From an uncultured Prevotellaceae bacterium (GTDB taxonomy: Bacteria; Bacteroidota; Bacteroidia; Bacteroidales; Muribaculaceae), in NCBI GenBank assembly GCA_900314215.1, contig OMUK01000101.1, positions 9,830 to 73,829 of the forward strand: DNA of 64,000 bases, read 5' to 3'. A model generated the notes under the pieces. That model saw nothing but the letters and a program-made list of their open reading frames with translations, ran no database searches and had not been told where the DNA came from. This document shows positions 37,887-47,869 of this stretch, one piece after another. The number at the start of each line of letters is the position of its first letter. The stretch's first letter is position 1. Made by a program: the position numbers and the translations under genes.

Positions 37887-39140
37887 ATGAAATCAGAAAT
37901 CATCGAGAAAAATTACCAAGTAGCACGGGAGCGCTATGCCGCCCTGGGCATCGACACCGACAAGGCCATCGCCACCCTCGAGCAGACGCCAATAAGCCTG
38001 CATTGCTGGCAGGCCGACGACGTGGTGGGCTTTGAGCGCAACGTGGCTGCCTCGGGCGGCATCCAGACCACCGGCAACTACCCCGGCAAGGCCCGCAACA
38101 TCGACGAGCTGCGCCAGGACATCGCCGAGGTGATCTCGCTGCTGGCCGGCACCTTCCGCCTCAACCTGCACGAGACCTACGGCGAGTTTGGCGGCACATT
38201 TGTCGACCGCGACCAGGTGGAGGTGAAGCACTTCACGGGCTGGATGGACTGGGCCAAGGAGCACAACCTCAAGCTCGACTTCAACTCCACCAGCTTCTCG
38301 CACCCCAAGAGCGGCAATCTCACGCTGAGCAACCCCGACAAGGAGATACGCGACTTCTGGATTGAGCACACCAAGCGCTGCCGTCGCATCGCCGACGCCA
38401 TGGGCAAGGCCCAGGGCGACCCCTGCATGATGAACATATGGATACACGACGGCTCCAAGGACTACACCGTAGAGAAGCTGCGCTACCGCCAAATCTTGAA
38501 AGAAAGCCTCGACGACATCCTCGCCGAGCCGCTGCCCAACATGAAGACCTGCCTCGAGGCCAAGCTTTTCGGCATCGGGCTGGAGGCCTACACCGTGGGC
38601 TCCCACGACTTCTATGCCGGCTACTGCGCCAAGAATAACGTGATCTACACCCTCGACACCGGCCACTACGAGCCCACCGAGAACGTGAGCGACGCCGTGA
38701 GCTCGCTGCTGCTCTTTGTGCCCGAACTCATGCTCCACGTGTCGCGCCCCATGCACTGGGACAGCGACCACGTGACCCTCTACGACGACAACACGCGCAA
38801 CCTCTTTGCCGAGCTCGTGCGTGCCAATGCCCTCGACCGTGCCCACATAGGCCTCGACTACTTCGACGCCAGCATCAACCGCATCGGCGCCTATATCATA
38901 GGCGTGCGCGCTGCCCAGAAGAGCTTGCTGCAAGCCCTGCTCGAGCCCCTCGACACACTGCGCCGCTACGAGGACGAGGGCAAACTCTTTGAGCGCCTGG
39001 CCCTGCTCGAGGAGGAGAAGACGCTGCCGATGGGTGCCGTCTACGACTACTACAACCTGAAGCATGGCGTGCCCGTGGCCGAGGACTACATAGGCCAAGT
39101 AGTGCAATATGAGCGCGACGTGCTCGCCAAGCGCAACTAA
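37887..39140 (+). CDS. rhaA: L-rhamnose isomerase
   Basis: ISLHCWQADDV.GFE, TGNYPGKAR, LHVSRP.HWDSDHV, GLDYFDASINRI. Confidence 0.97.
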   Translation: MKSEIIEKNYQVARERYAALGIDTDKAIATLEQTPISLHCWQADDVVGFERNVAASGGIQTTGNYPGKARNIDELRQDIAEVISLLAGTFRLNLHETYGEFGGTFVDRDQVEVKHFTGWMDWAKEHNLKLDFNSTSFSHPKSGNLTLSNPDKEIRDFWIEHTKRCRRIADAMGKAQGDPCMMNIWIHDGSKDYTVEKLRYRQILKESLDDILAEPLPNMKTCLEAKLFGIGLEAYTVGSHDFYAGYCAKNNVIYTLDTGHYEPTENVSDAVSSLLLFVPELMLHVSRPMHWDSDHVTLYDDNTRNLFAELVRANALDRAHIGLDYFDASINRIGAYIIGVRAAQKSLLQALLEPLDTLRRYEDEGKLFERLALLEEEKTLPMGAVYDYYNLKHGVPVAEDYIGQVVQYERDVLAKRN

Positions 39141-39154
39141 ACGTGCAACCCGTG

Positions 39155-39193
39155 ATGCCCCCGCACCGCGGCATGCTGTCGCGGTGCGGGCAT
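39155..39193 (+). other. Intercistronic GC-rich hairpin between rhaA and rhaT
   Basis: ATGCCC(C)CGCACCGCGGCA / TGTCGCGGTGCGGGCAT, no T tail; mRNA stabiliser or partial terminator. Confidence 0.55.
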
Positions 39194-39216
39194 TCACAAC
39201 AATATGACCTATCGAA

Positions 39217-40251
39217 ATGGATATCATCATCGGACTACTGATTATCGCAGTGGGCGCCTTCTGCCAGTCGAGCTGCTACGTGCCCATCAATAAGATCAAG
39301 GACTGGTCGTGGGAGAGCTACTGGATTGTGCAGGGCATATTTGCCTGGATTGTGTTTCCCCTGCTGGGAGCCCTGCTGGCTGTGCCCGCCGGGCATAGCC
39401 TCATGGAACTCTACGGCTCGGCCAGCTCCTTCAATGTGTGGATGACCATATTCTTCGGCGTGCTGTGGGGCGTGGGCGGTCTCACCTTCGGCCTCTCGAT
39501 GCGCTACCTGGGAGTGGCCTTGGGGCAAAGCATCGCACTGGGCACCTGCGCCGCACTGGGCACCATCATGGGCCCGGTACTGCTCAATGTGTTCTTTCCC
39601 AGCCTCAACGCCCTGTCGCAGCTCACCCTGGCCGTGATATTCGGCGTGGTGGTCACCCTCGTGGGCATCGCCATCATAGGCGTGGCCGGCTCGATGAAGG
39701 CCTCCTCGCTGAGCGACGAGGAGAAGAAGGCCGCCGTGAAGGACTTCAACTTCCCCAAGGGCCTGGCCATCGCCCTGCTGGCCGGCTTCATGAGCGGTTG
39801 CTTCAACGTGGGCCTGGAATTTGGCAAGGACATCAACTTCGGCTCGCTCACCGACCCCATGTTTAAGACGCTGCCAGCCACCCTGCTTGTCACCCTGGGT
39901 GGCTTTGTGACCAATGCCGTGTACTGCTTCTTCCAGAATCAGAAGAACCACACCTGGGGCGACTACCGCAAGGGTCGCGTGTGGGCCAACAACCTGCTCT
40001 TCTGCGCCCTGGCCGGCGTGCTGTGGTACTCGCAGTTCTTCGGCCTCTCGCTGGGCAAGGGCTTCCTCACCTCGTCGCCCACGCTCATGACCCTCTCATT
40101 CTGCATCCTGATGGCTCTCAACGTGGTCTTCTCCAACGTGTGGGGCATCATCCTCAAGGAGTGGAAAGGGTGCTCGCGCAAGACCATCGTGGTACTCGTC
40201 GTGGGCATCGTGGTGCTCATCGTCTCCTCGTTTGTGCCCCAGCTCCTCTAG
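39217..40251 (+). CDS. rhaT: L-rhamnose/proton symporter
   Basis: DWSWESYW, LWGVGGLTFGLSMRYLG..LG, WYSQFF, SNVWGIILKEW. Confidence 0.95.
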   Translation: MDIIIGLLIIAVGAFCQSSCYVPINKIKDWSWESYWIVQGIFAWIVFPLLGALLAVPAGHSLMELYGSASSFNVWMTIFFGVLWGVGGLTFGLSMRYLGVALGQSIALGTCAALGTIMGPVLLNVFFPSLNALSQLTLAVIFGVVVTLVGIAIIGVAGSMKASSLSDEEKKAAVKDFNFPKGLAIALLAGFMSGCFNVGLEFGKDINFGSLTDPMFKTLPATLLVTLGGFVTNAVYCFFQNQKNHTWGDYRKGRVWANNLLFCALAGVLWYSQFFGLSLGKGFLTSSPTLMTLSFCILMALNVVFSNVWGIILKEWKGCSRKTIVVLVVGIVVLIVSSFVPQLL

Positions 40252-40435
40252 GCCATAGCACGCAGGCCGGGCGGGGCAAGAAGATTATTGCAAAATGTAA
40301 CGTTTTTTTGGTATAAATGACGCAAAATATTGCTGAAAATGCAGTAACTTTGTGAATGTGATTGTAAGGCGCCACAATTGGCTCTTGCCCACCTTCTAAA
40401 GCGCGTATATACCGCCATAGATTTAGCATAGACAC

Positions 40436-41677
40436 ATGGCTACCGAAATTCTACATCCTTTTTCCCGCCCGCTCTACGTGTTGCTCAAGCCTGTGGATGC
40501 CTCGTGCAACCTGCGGTGCAAGTATTGCTACTACCTGGAGAAGCAGAAGCTATACTCCGCCCAGGACAAGCACATCATGAGCGACGCGCTGCTCGACAAG
40601 TTCACCTACGACTACATACACGCCCAGACCATGCAAGAGGTGCTCTTCACCTGGCATGGCGGCGAGCCCCTGATGCGCCCGCTTTCCTTCTACAAGCGGG
40701 CCATGCAGCTGCAGCGGCAATATGCCGACGGGCATATCATCGCCAACTCGCTGCAGACCAACGGCACCATGCTCACCGACGAGTGGTGCGAGTTTCTCAA
40801 GCAGAACAACTGGCTGGTGGGCATCTCGATCGACGGGCCGCAGGACTTCCACGACGAGTACCGCCGCAACGCTCAGGGCGGGCCCTCGTGGGTGAAGGTG
40901 ATGCGCGGCATCAAGCTGCTCAAGAAGCATGGCGTGCAATGGAACGCCATGGCCGTGGTCAACGACTACAACGCCGACTATCCACTGGAATTCTACAACT
41001 TCTTCAAGGAGAACGGCTGCCAGTACCTGCAGCTCACGCCCATCGTGGAGCGCATCGTCGAGCACGCCGACGGCCGGCACCTGGCCACCCTGGGCGACAG
41101 CGACGACGCGCCGCTGGCCGATTTCTCGGTCACGCCCGAGCAGTGGGGCGACTTCCTGATAGCCATCTTCGACGAGTGGGTGCGCCACGACGTGGGCCGC
41201 TTCTATGTGGAGACCTTCGACTGCATGCTTGCCAACTGGGCAGGCGTTGACCCAGGCATATGCATGTATGGCAAGGAGTGCGGCCATGCAGGCGTGATGG
41301 AGTATAACGGCGATGTGTACAGCTGCGACCACTTTGTGTTTCCCGAGTACAAGCTGGGCAACATCTACACCTCCACGCTCTACAACATGCTCTACGGCGA
41401 GAAGCAGCACCGCTTCAGCCAGCTCAAGCACAAGTCGCTGCCACAGCAGTGCCTGGAGTGCGACTACGAGTTTGCCTGCCACGGCGAGTGCCCCAAAAAC
41501 CGGTTTGCGCGCGACCGCTACGGCAACCCGGGCCTCAACTACCTGTGCAAGGGCTACCACCGCTTTCTCGATCACATTGCCCCCTACATGGACTACATGA
41601 AGCAGCAACTCGACCGCAAGCAGCCGCCAGCCGCCATCATGCAGGCATTGCGCGACGGCACCTTCAAGGCCAAATAA
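40436..41677 (+). CDS. chuR: Anaerobic sulfatase-maturating radical SAM enzyme (anSME)
   Basis: CNLRCKYCYY, WHGGEPL, LQTNG, SIDGP, SPASM YSCDHFV and CHGECPKNRF; own -7 box TAACTTTG at 40345. Confidence 0.95.
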   Translation: MATEILHPFSRPLYVLLKPVDASCNLRCKYCYYLEKQKLYSAQDKHIMSDALLDKFTYDYIHAQTMQEVLFTWHGGEPLMRPLSFYKRAMQLQRQYADGHIIANSLQTNGTMLTDEWCEFLKQNNWLVGISIDGPQDFHDEYRRNAQGGPSWVKVMRGIKLLKKHGVQWNAMAVVNDYNADYPLEFYNFFKENGCQYLQLTPIVERIVEHADGRHLATLGDSDDAPLADFSVTPEQWGDFLIAIFDEWVRHDVGRFYVETFDCMLANWAGVDPGICMYGKECGHAGVMEYNGDVYSCDHFVFPEYKLGNIYTSTLYNMLYGEKQHRFSQLKHKSLPQQCLECDYEFACHGECPKNRFARDRYGNPGLNYLCKGYHRFLDHIAPYMDYMKQQLDRKQPPAAIMQALRDGTFKAK

Positions 41678-41728
41678 CTCATCGACAACCAAAAGTTTTT
41701 TTTCAAGTTTTCCTAAATCATAACCAAT

Positions 41729-43414
41729 ATGAACCGCTTTTATTTAACCGCAGGCATGCTCTCCCTGCTTCCAGGACTGCAAGCTGCCGCACAATCGCAG
41801 CAAGCCCAGCGACCCAACATCATCTACATCATGAGCGACGACCACGCCTATCAGGCCATCAGCGCCTATGGCAGCGAGGTGTCGAAGCTTGCCCCCACCC
41901 CCAACATCGACCGCATCGCCAAGGCCGGTGTCACGTTTGACCGCGCCTTTGTGGAGAACTCGCTCTCCACGCCCAGCCGCGCTTGCACCCTCACGGGCCT
42001 CTACAGCCACCAGAACGGGCAGGAACAGCTCAACGAGGGCATGGACCCCACCAAGCCCTTCGTGTCGGAACTGCTGCAAAAATGCGGCTACCAGACTGCC
42101 GTGATCGGCAAGTGGCACGTGCCTTGCGACCCCAAGGGATTTGACTACTACCACATCTACAACGGCCAGGGCGAGTACTACAACCCCAACTTCCGCGGCT
42201 CTGACACGGGCGGCAAATATGTGCAAGAGCACGGCTACTGCGTCGACCTCGTCGACAAGCACGCCAAGGAGTTTCTCGACAACCGCGACAAGTCGAAGCC
42301 CTTCTTCCTGATGGTGCACTTCAAGGCGCCACACCGCAACCAGATGCCCAACCTCAAGTATCTGGGCCTCTTCGACGACGTGAAGTTCCCGCTGCCCACG
42401 ACCTTCTGGGATGACTACTCCACCCGCCAGTCGCCAGCCCACACCCAGAAGATGAGCATCACCAATCACATGGAGCTCATCCAAGACCTGAAGGTGGTGC
42501 AGATGAAGGATTCACTCAAGGATGCCTACAACCAGGGCTTCTCGTGGTTCTGCTACCGTGCCGGCGTGGAGCGCATGACGCCCGACCAGAGAGCCGCCTG
42601 GAACCGCTACTACATGCCGCGCGGCGAGGAGTTCCTCAACGCCCATCTCACGGGCCGAGCCCTCTCGGAGTGGAAATACCAAGCCTACATGCGCGACTAC
42701 CTGGCTTGCGTGCGCAGCATCGACGATGCTGTGGGCGACATCCTCGACTACCTCAAGGCCAACGGGCTCGACGAGAACACCGTGGTCATCTACACCAGCG
42801 ACCAGGGCTTCTACCTGGGCGAGCACAACTGGTTCGACAAGCGCTTCATGTATGAGCAAAGCTTGCGCACCCCGCTGCTCATGGCCTGGAAGGGACACAT
42901 CAACCCCGGCACCCGCTGCAACGCCATGGTGCAGAACATCGACTACGCCCCCACCTTCCTCTCGCTGGCTGGCGGCAAGAAGACCGACGAGATGAGCGGC
43001 CTCGACCTGCAGCAAGTGTGGAATGGCCAGACGCCTAAGACCTGGCGCACGAGCATCTACTACCACTACTACGACTACCCGGCATTCCACCAGGTGCGCC
43101 GTCACGACGGTGTGCGCACCGACCGCTACAAGCTCATCAGCTTCTACGGCAAGGGCGGCACTCGCGCCGAGACCAACTGGTACCAGACCGACCCCAAGGC
43201 TCAGGAGTACCGCATCCTGCACTGGCTGCGCAGCATGAACTACACCGACGACAACGATCCCGACCTGAAGGACTGCTACGAGCTCTACGACCTGCAGAAC
43301 GATCCCGACGAGTTGCACAACATCTACGGCCAGCCCGGCACCGAGAAGATCACCAATGACTTGATGAAGCTCCTCAACAAGTACCGCAAAGACCTGAAGG
43401 TGCAAGAGTACTAA
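41729..43414 (+). CDS. Periplasmic Ser-type sulfatase (family S1)
   Basis: Signal peptide, PNIIYIMSDDH, SLSTPSRA (SxPxR), GKWH, YTSDQGFYLGEHNWFDKRFMYE. Confidence 0.95.
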   Translation: MNRFYLTAGMLSLLPGLQAAAQSQQAQRPNIIYIMSDDHAYQAISAYGSEVSKLAPTPNIDRIAKAGVTFDRAFVENSLSTPSRACTLTGLYSHQNGQEQLNEGMDPTKPFVSELLQKCGYQTAVIGKWHVPCDPKGFDYYHIYNGQGEYYNPNFRGSDTGGKYVQEHGYCVDLVDKHAKEFLDNRDKSKPFFLMVHFKAPHRNQMPNLKYLGLFDDVKFPLPTTFWDDYSTRQSPAHTQKMSITNHMELIQDLKVVQMKDSLKDAYNQGFSWFCYRAGVERMTPDQRAAWNRYYMPRGEEFLNAHLTGRALSEWKYQAYMRDYLACVRSIDDAVGDILDYLKANGLDENTVVIYTSDQGFYLGEHNWFDKRFMYEQSLRTPLLMAWKGHINPGTRCNAMVQNIDYAPTFLSLAGGKKTDEMSGLDLQQVWNGQTPKTWRTSIYYHYYDYPAFHQVRRHDGVRTDRYKLISFYGKGGTRAETNWYQTDPKAQEYRILHWLRSMNYTDDNDPDLKDCYELYDLQNDPDELHNIYGQPGTEKITNDLMKLLNKYRKDLKVQEY

Positions 43415-43461
43415 CGCTCACACCCGGGCATTGACCACCCGGCAATCCGCAACACAACACC

Positions 43462-43506
43462 AGGCGGGGCGTGCCACACACTCACAGTGTGCAACACGCC
43501 CCGCCT
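43462..43506. terminator. Hairpin between convergent sulfatase and rhaD
   Basis: AGGCGGGGCGTG / CACGCCCCGCCT. Confidence 0.7.
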
Positions 43507-43538
43507 GCTTGTTGATTAAGAGATTTAGTGAGGTCTCT

Positions 43539-44348
43539 TTATTTTGGCAAATGGAACACGTCGCTGATTTCTTGCATCTGCGCCTGGGTCATGCCCTCGG
43601 GCACAAAGCCCATGCAGCGGGCGTCGAGGTAAATCTTAGCGCTCTTGGAGAGCACGTCGATCTGGTCGAAGGCGTCCATCACATCCTGGCCCTTGGCAAA
43701 GACGCCATGCTTCTCCCACATCACCACGTCGTAGTCCTCGAGCTCGTGGAGCGTGGCCTGTGCCAGCTTGTTGCTGCCGGGCAGCTCATAGGGCACAATG
43801 CCCAGGCCCAGCGGGCAGAAGGCCTTGGTCTCGGGAATCATGCTCCACAGCAGGCGTGTGAGCACGTCCTTGCCCAGGAAGTCACGATTGTGGCTCATGG
43901 CCACCAGTTCGATGGGATGGGTGTGCACCGTGGCCTTGTAGCCGCTGCCCAGCTCAAGTTGGCGGTCGTGCACAGCCAGGTGCGAGGGCAACTCGCTGGT
44001 GGGAGCCACTGGGTTGTCGGCAATGATCTCGTAGCTGGCGCAGTCGTCGAGGATGCGTATCACGCTGCCATTCTCCATGGGCCATCGAGCCAGGTCGCGC
44101 ATGCGCTTGCCCGTGCCCTTGCAGAAGAAATACTGCCCTTTCAGGTGGGGCAACGCCTCGCCTATGGGGTAAACCGGCGAGATGGCAGGCAGTGCCCGAA
44201 CCTCGTCGTCGATGCAGTCGGTCACATTGATCGTGATATTGCCGCCGTTGCGCTCGGCCCAGCCGTTTTGCCACAGGTAGCCAGCCACCTCGGCAACCTT
44301 GTCCACTTCACGTTTCAGGGCGGGACGACCCTCGAGGATTGATTTCAT
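43539..44348 (-). CDS. rhaD: Rhamnulose-1-phosphate aldolase
   Basis: Start MKSILE at 44348; GWAERNGGNI, PTSELPSHL, HTHP, WSMIPE, WEKHG; -7 box TATCTTTG at 44386-44393. Confidence 0.95.
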   Translation of the reverse strand: MKSILEGRPALKREVDKVAEVAGYLWQNGWAERNGGNITINVTDCIDDEVRALPAISPVYPIGEALPHLKGQYFFCKGTGKRMRDLARWPMENGSVIRILDDCASYEIIADNPVAPTSELPSHLAVHDRQLELGSGYKATVHTHPIELVAMSHNRDFLGKDVLTRLLWSMIPETKAFCPLGLGIVPYELPGSNKLAQATLHELEDYDVVMWEKHGVFAKGQDVMDAFDQIDVLSKSAKIYLDARCMGFVPEGMTQAQMQEISDVFHLPK

Positions 44349-44501
44349 TGTTCCAGTTTTTAAATTTTGTCGTTGTTTTCTATCGCAAAGATAGGCATTC
44401 TTGCCGTCAATGCCCATCTACTTTTTGATTAATCACCCTTCAATTTTGACCAAGGCCGTGCAACATGCCAGCGCGAGGCAGGCCGCAGGCTGCAAGCGGT
44501 G

Positions 44502-44545
44502 AAAACAAAGGCTGCCTGAGGACACACAGTCCCGGCAGCCTTTGC
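44502..44545 (-). terminator. Intrinsic terminator
   Basis: CAAAGGCTGCC / GGCAGCCTTTG stem with a T tail on the minus strand. Confidence 0.7.
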
Positions 44546-44573
44546 ATGTGTGGTTTTTATGCCTCGCTGGCGG

Positions 44574-45782
44574 TTACACCTCCAGGTCGATATTGAATTG
44601 CTCATGCCAGGGCAGACCGCTCTTGGCCACCTGCTCCAGGAATGGGTCGGGGTCAAACTCCTCCACGTTGTGCACGCCGGGCTTCTTCCACAGGCCCTTG
44701 AAAAACATCATGGCACCCGTCATGGCAGGCACGCCGGTGGTGTAGCTCACGGCCTGCATGCCGGTCTCCTCATAGGCGGCGTGGTGGTCGCAGTTGTTGT
44801 AGATGTAGTAGGTGAGCGGCTTGCCGTCGAGCCCAATGCCGCTTATGCGGCAGCCAATCGAGGTCTTGCCGGTGTAGTTCTTGCCCAGATCCTGCGGGTT
44901 GGGGAGCACGGCCTTGAGAAATTGCAGGGGGATGATTTCCTGGCCATTATACATCACGGGGTCGATGCGGGCCATACCTATGTCTTGTATCACGCGCAGG
45001 TGGGTGAGGTATTCCTTGCCGAAGGTCATCCAGAAGCGGGCGCGCTTGATGGTGGGGAAATTCTTGGTGAGCGACTCCAGCTCCTCGTGATACATGAGGT
45101 AGCTCTCGCGCTCGCCTATCTCGGGATAGGTGAGGGGCTTGTGTATCTCGAGCGGGCCGGTGGTCACCCACTTGCCGTCCTGGTAGTAACGGCCGTTTTG
45201 CGTGATTTCGCGTATGTTGATCTCGGGGTTGAAATTGGTGGCGAAGGCCTTGCCGTGGTTGCCGGCGTTGCAGTCCACGATGTCGAGGGTGTGCATCTCC
45301 TTGAAGTGGTGCTTGGCGGCACGGGCGGTGTAGACGCCGCTCACGCCGGGGTCGAAGCCGCAACCCAGTATGGCGGTGAGGCCGGCCTTCTCAAATTTGT
45401 CGCGGTAGGCCCACTGCCAGCTGTACTCAAAGTGGGCCACATCCTTGGGCTCATAGTTGGCCGTGTCGAGGTAGTTGACGCCGCATTCCAGGCAGGCGTC
45501 CATGATAGTAAGGTCCTGGTAAGGCAGGGCCAGGTTGATCACCAGCTGCGGCTTGTGCCGCTTGAGCAGGGCCACAAGCTGCGGCACCTCGTCGGCGTCG
45601 ACCTGGTCGGTGACGATGTTGTTCACTCCCAGGCGGCTCTTGATGTCGGCAGCCACCTTGTCGCATTTCTCCTTGTGCCGCGAGGCAATCACTATCTCGT
45701 TGAACACGTCGGGGTTCTGGGCGCACTTGAAGGCGCACACGGTGCCCACGCCGCCGCAACCAATAATTAGTACTTTGTTCAT
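44574..45782 (-). CDS. Saccharopine-dehydrogenase-family protein, probable carboxyspermidine dehydrogenase
   Basis: GCGGVG, NLALPYQDL, YLDTANYE, GCGFDPG, ATNFNPEINIRE, QAVSYTTGVPA. Confidence 0.88.
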   Translation of the reverse strand: MNKVLIIGCGGVGTVCAFKCAQNPDVFNEIVIASRHKEKCDKVAADIKSRLGVNNIVTDQVDADEVPQLVALLKRHKPQLVINLALPYQDLTIMDACLECGVNYLDTANYEPKDVAHFEYSWQWAYRDKFEKAGLTAILGCGFDPGVSGVYTARAAKHHFKEMHTLDIVDCNAGNHGKAFATNFNPEINIREITQNGRYYQDGKWVTTGPLEIHKPLTYPEIGERESYLMYHEELESLTKNFPTIKRARFWMTFGKEYLTHLRVIQDIGMARIDPVMYNGQEIIPLQFLKAVLPNPQDLGKNYTGKTSIGCRISGIGLDGKPLTYYIYNNCDHHAAYEETGMQAVSYTTGVPAMTGAMMFFKGLWKKPGVHNVEEFDPDPFLEQVAKSGLPWHEQFNIDLEV

Positions 45783-45832
45783 TTCCTATGCTGTTGTGTT
45801 AAATATGATTTTCGGTAGTTTTACCACTTGTG

Positions 45833-45918
45833 CAAAGATAATGAATTAAAGCGGGATAACGAAAAATTTCATTTCCTGGCAAAAAAATCATTATAATTCA
45901 AGAAAAGTTGTATCTTTG
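45833..45918. promoter_or_regulatory. Divergent -7 boxes
   Basis: TATCTTTG on the minus strand at 45833-45840 and on the plus strand at 45911-45918. Confidence 0.65.
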
Positions 45919-46006
45919 CACATATTGGCCGTCATGCAGCAACAATATGAAACAAAACAGGCCATTGCGCATTCACATTTATTAGATACATAAAATTTTA
46001 TCGCTT

Positions 46007-47692
46007 ATGAAAAAAATTGCTACCCTCATGATCACATCGCTCTTGTGCCTGGCAGCCCAGGCCCAAGGCTTCAGTCCCGCTCATGCACGAGTCAACGGCA
46101 CCCCGTTCAAGAAGACGGCCGTCACGCTCGGGCAGCTGCAAGAGCGCGGCCTCGTGCGCAAGGCCGTGGCCCGTGCCAGCGACGAGAAACCCATCACCAC
46201 GGCTCCCGAGGGCCGGCTGCTCGACAACATGTATGTCAACTCCAACAGCTTCGGCCTGGGCTGGGGCTCGGCCTACACTCAGGTGGTCGACGGCGGCCTG
46301 GGCGGCGTGGTCGAGGGCAAAGACGGCTACGTCTATGTGAAAGGCCCCATCTCGCAAGCCTACGTGTGGGGCCTGGGCTCGCCCTGGATCAAGTGCAAGA
46401 AGCTCGCTGGCGACACCATCGAGATGATCACCCCGCAAATCTATGCCATCGATGCCGGCGACCCCTACTATGTGCAACGCATGACCTATGACAAGACGGG
46501 CGACACCTATGTGGTCGACTCGACCGAGGCCGGCATCAAGTTCACTTGGAAAAGCGACACACTGCGCCAGGTCGACGACTGCCTGGTGGGCTTTGCCGAC
46601 GCCACCGGCGGCTGGTTCTACATGGGCGACTACAACATCGTCTACACGGTGAACCCCGACAAGCTGGTCACCATCAACAAGGACCAGACCCAGGGCATCG
46701 ACACCTCGCTGGTGAGAGTGACCCACATCGCCAGCCCCGAGAAGCTCGACTCCACGATCACGACCATGATCAACGCCTATGCCGTGGTCGATGTCGACGA
46801 CGAGATGGTGGGGAACTCCATCTATGTCGACCACCTCGAGCCAACCCTGCCCGATGCCCTGGTCAAGCTGAGCGCCAATGTAGCGACCATGGCCCTTGAG
46901 CTGCCCTCGGGCCAGTACCTGGGTGTCGATGAGAACTACAACTCCCACATCTACGCCCTCACCGGCAACGCCTATATCGACAGCACGGGCACTACCAAGT
47001 ATTTCAACTACAACAAGACCAGCAAGCTCACACTGGGCTCCACCGAGGAGGGCGACACCATCTATGCGCCCTACCCTGCCTCGCTCATCATCAACTGCGG
47101 CCGCAACAACCTCTACATTGTGAAGGAATATGTAGCACCGCTGCTTGAAGAGGTCGACGACGAGGCCATGACACCGGCCAACCCCGTGTTCACGAGCGAC
47201 AACGTGACCCGCTCCACCCGCTTCGACGTGCTCAAGTTCACCATTCCCACGGTCGATGTCGACGGCGATGAGCTCAACACCAACAACCTGTACTACTGCA
47301 TCTACTACAACGACTCGGTCTACACCTTCACGCCCGCCCTCTACACCGGCCTCAAGACCGACATGACCGAGATACCCTACGGCTTCAGCGACAGCAACTA
47401 CGACATCTTCCTGAGCGGCGGCCAGCACACCATCTACTTCTACGACAAGAATTGGACCAAGATAGGCGTGCAGAGCATATACCGCGGCGGCGGCGAGGTG
47501 CGCAAGTCGGCCGTCGTGTGGGTCAACAGCGAGACCGGTGTGACCGACGTGAACGTGGCCGGCAAGACGGTGAAGCGCGTCACCTACTACGACCTCTCGG
47601 GTCGCCAGGTGAGCCCCGATGCCAGCGGCATCCTCATCAAGCGCACTGCCTATACCGACGGCACCACCGCAACACGCAAGGTTGTGAAGTAA
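46007..47692 (+). CDS. Secreted T9SS-type hypothetical protein
   Basis: Signal peptide; beta-rich Tyr/Thr body; CTD TGVTDV...YYDLSGRQV...GILIKR...TATRKVVK. Confidence 0.85.
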   Translation: MKKIATLMITSLLCLAAQAQGFSPAHARVNGTPFKKTAVTLGQLQERGLVRKAVARASDEKPITTAPEGRLLDNMYVNSNSFGLGWGSAYTQVVDGGLGGVVEGKDGYVYVKGPISQAYVWGLGSPWIKCKKLAGDTIEMITPQIYAIDAGDPYYVQRMTYDKTGDTYVVDSTEAGIKFTWKSDTLRQVDDCLVGFADATGGWFYMGDYNIVYTVNPDKLVTINKDQTQGIDTSLVRVTHIASPEKLDSTITTMINAYAVVDVDDEMVGNSIYVDHLEPTLPDALVKLSANVATMALELPSGQYLGVDENYNSHIYALTGNAYIDSTGTTKYFNYNKTSKLTLGSTEEGDTIYAPYPASLIINCGRNNLYIVKEYVAPLLEEVDDEAMTPANPVFTSDNVTRSTRFDVLKFTIPTVDVDGDELNTNNLYYCIYYNDSVYTFTPALYTGLKTDMTEIPYGFSDSNYDIFLSGGQHTIYFYDKNWTKIGVQSIYRGGGEVRKSAVVWVNSETGVTDVNVAGKTVKRVTYYDLSGRQVSPDASGILIKRTAYTDGTTATRKVVK

Positions 47693-47718
47693 TCATCCGC
47701 CCCACCCATTGCATCAAG

Positions 47719-47753
47719 TGGCAGCCAGGCAACCAGCCCGGCTGCCATTTTTC
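47719..47753 (+). terminator. TGGCAGCC-type terminator
   Basis: TGGCAGCC / GGCTGCCA plus T run. Confidence 0.75.
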
Positions 47754-47869
47754 TTGAGCCAGCCATCGTGACCTGCCAGGTGAGGAAAACAGGAAATATT
47801 TTGCAATGTCACGGGAAATGTATAATTTTGCAAACGATTAGTATTAAGGACAATAAAACAAAATTCAAA

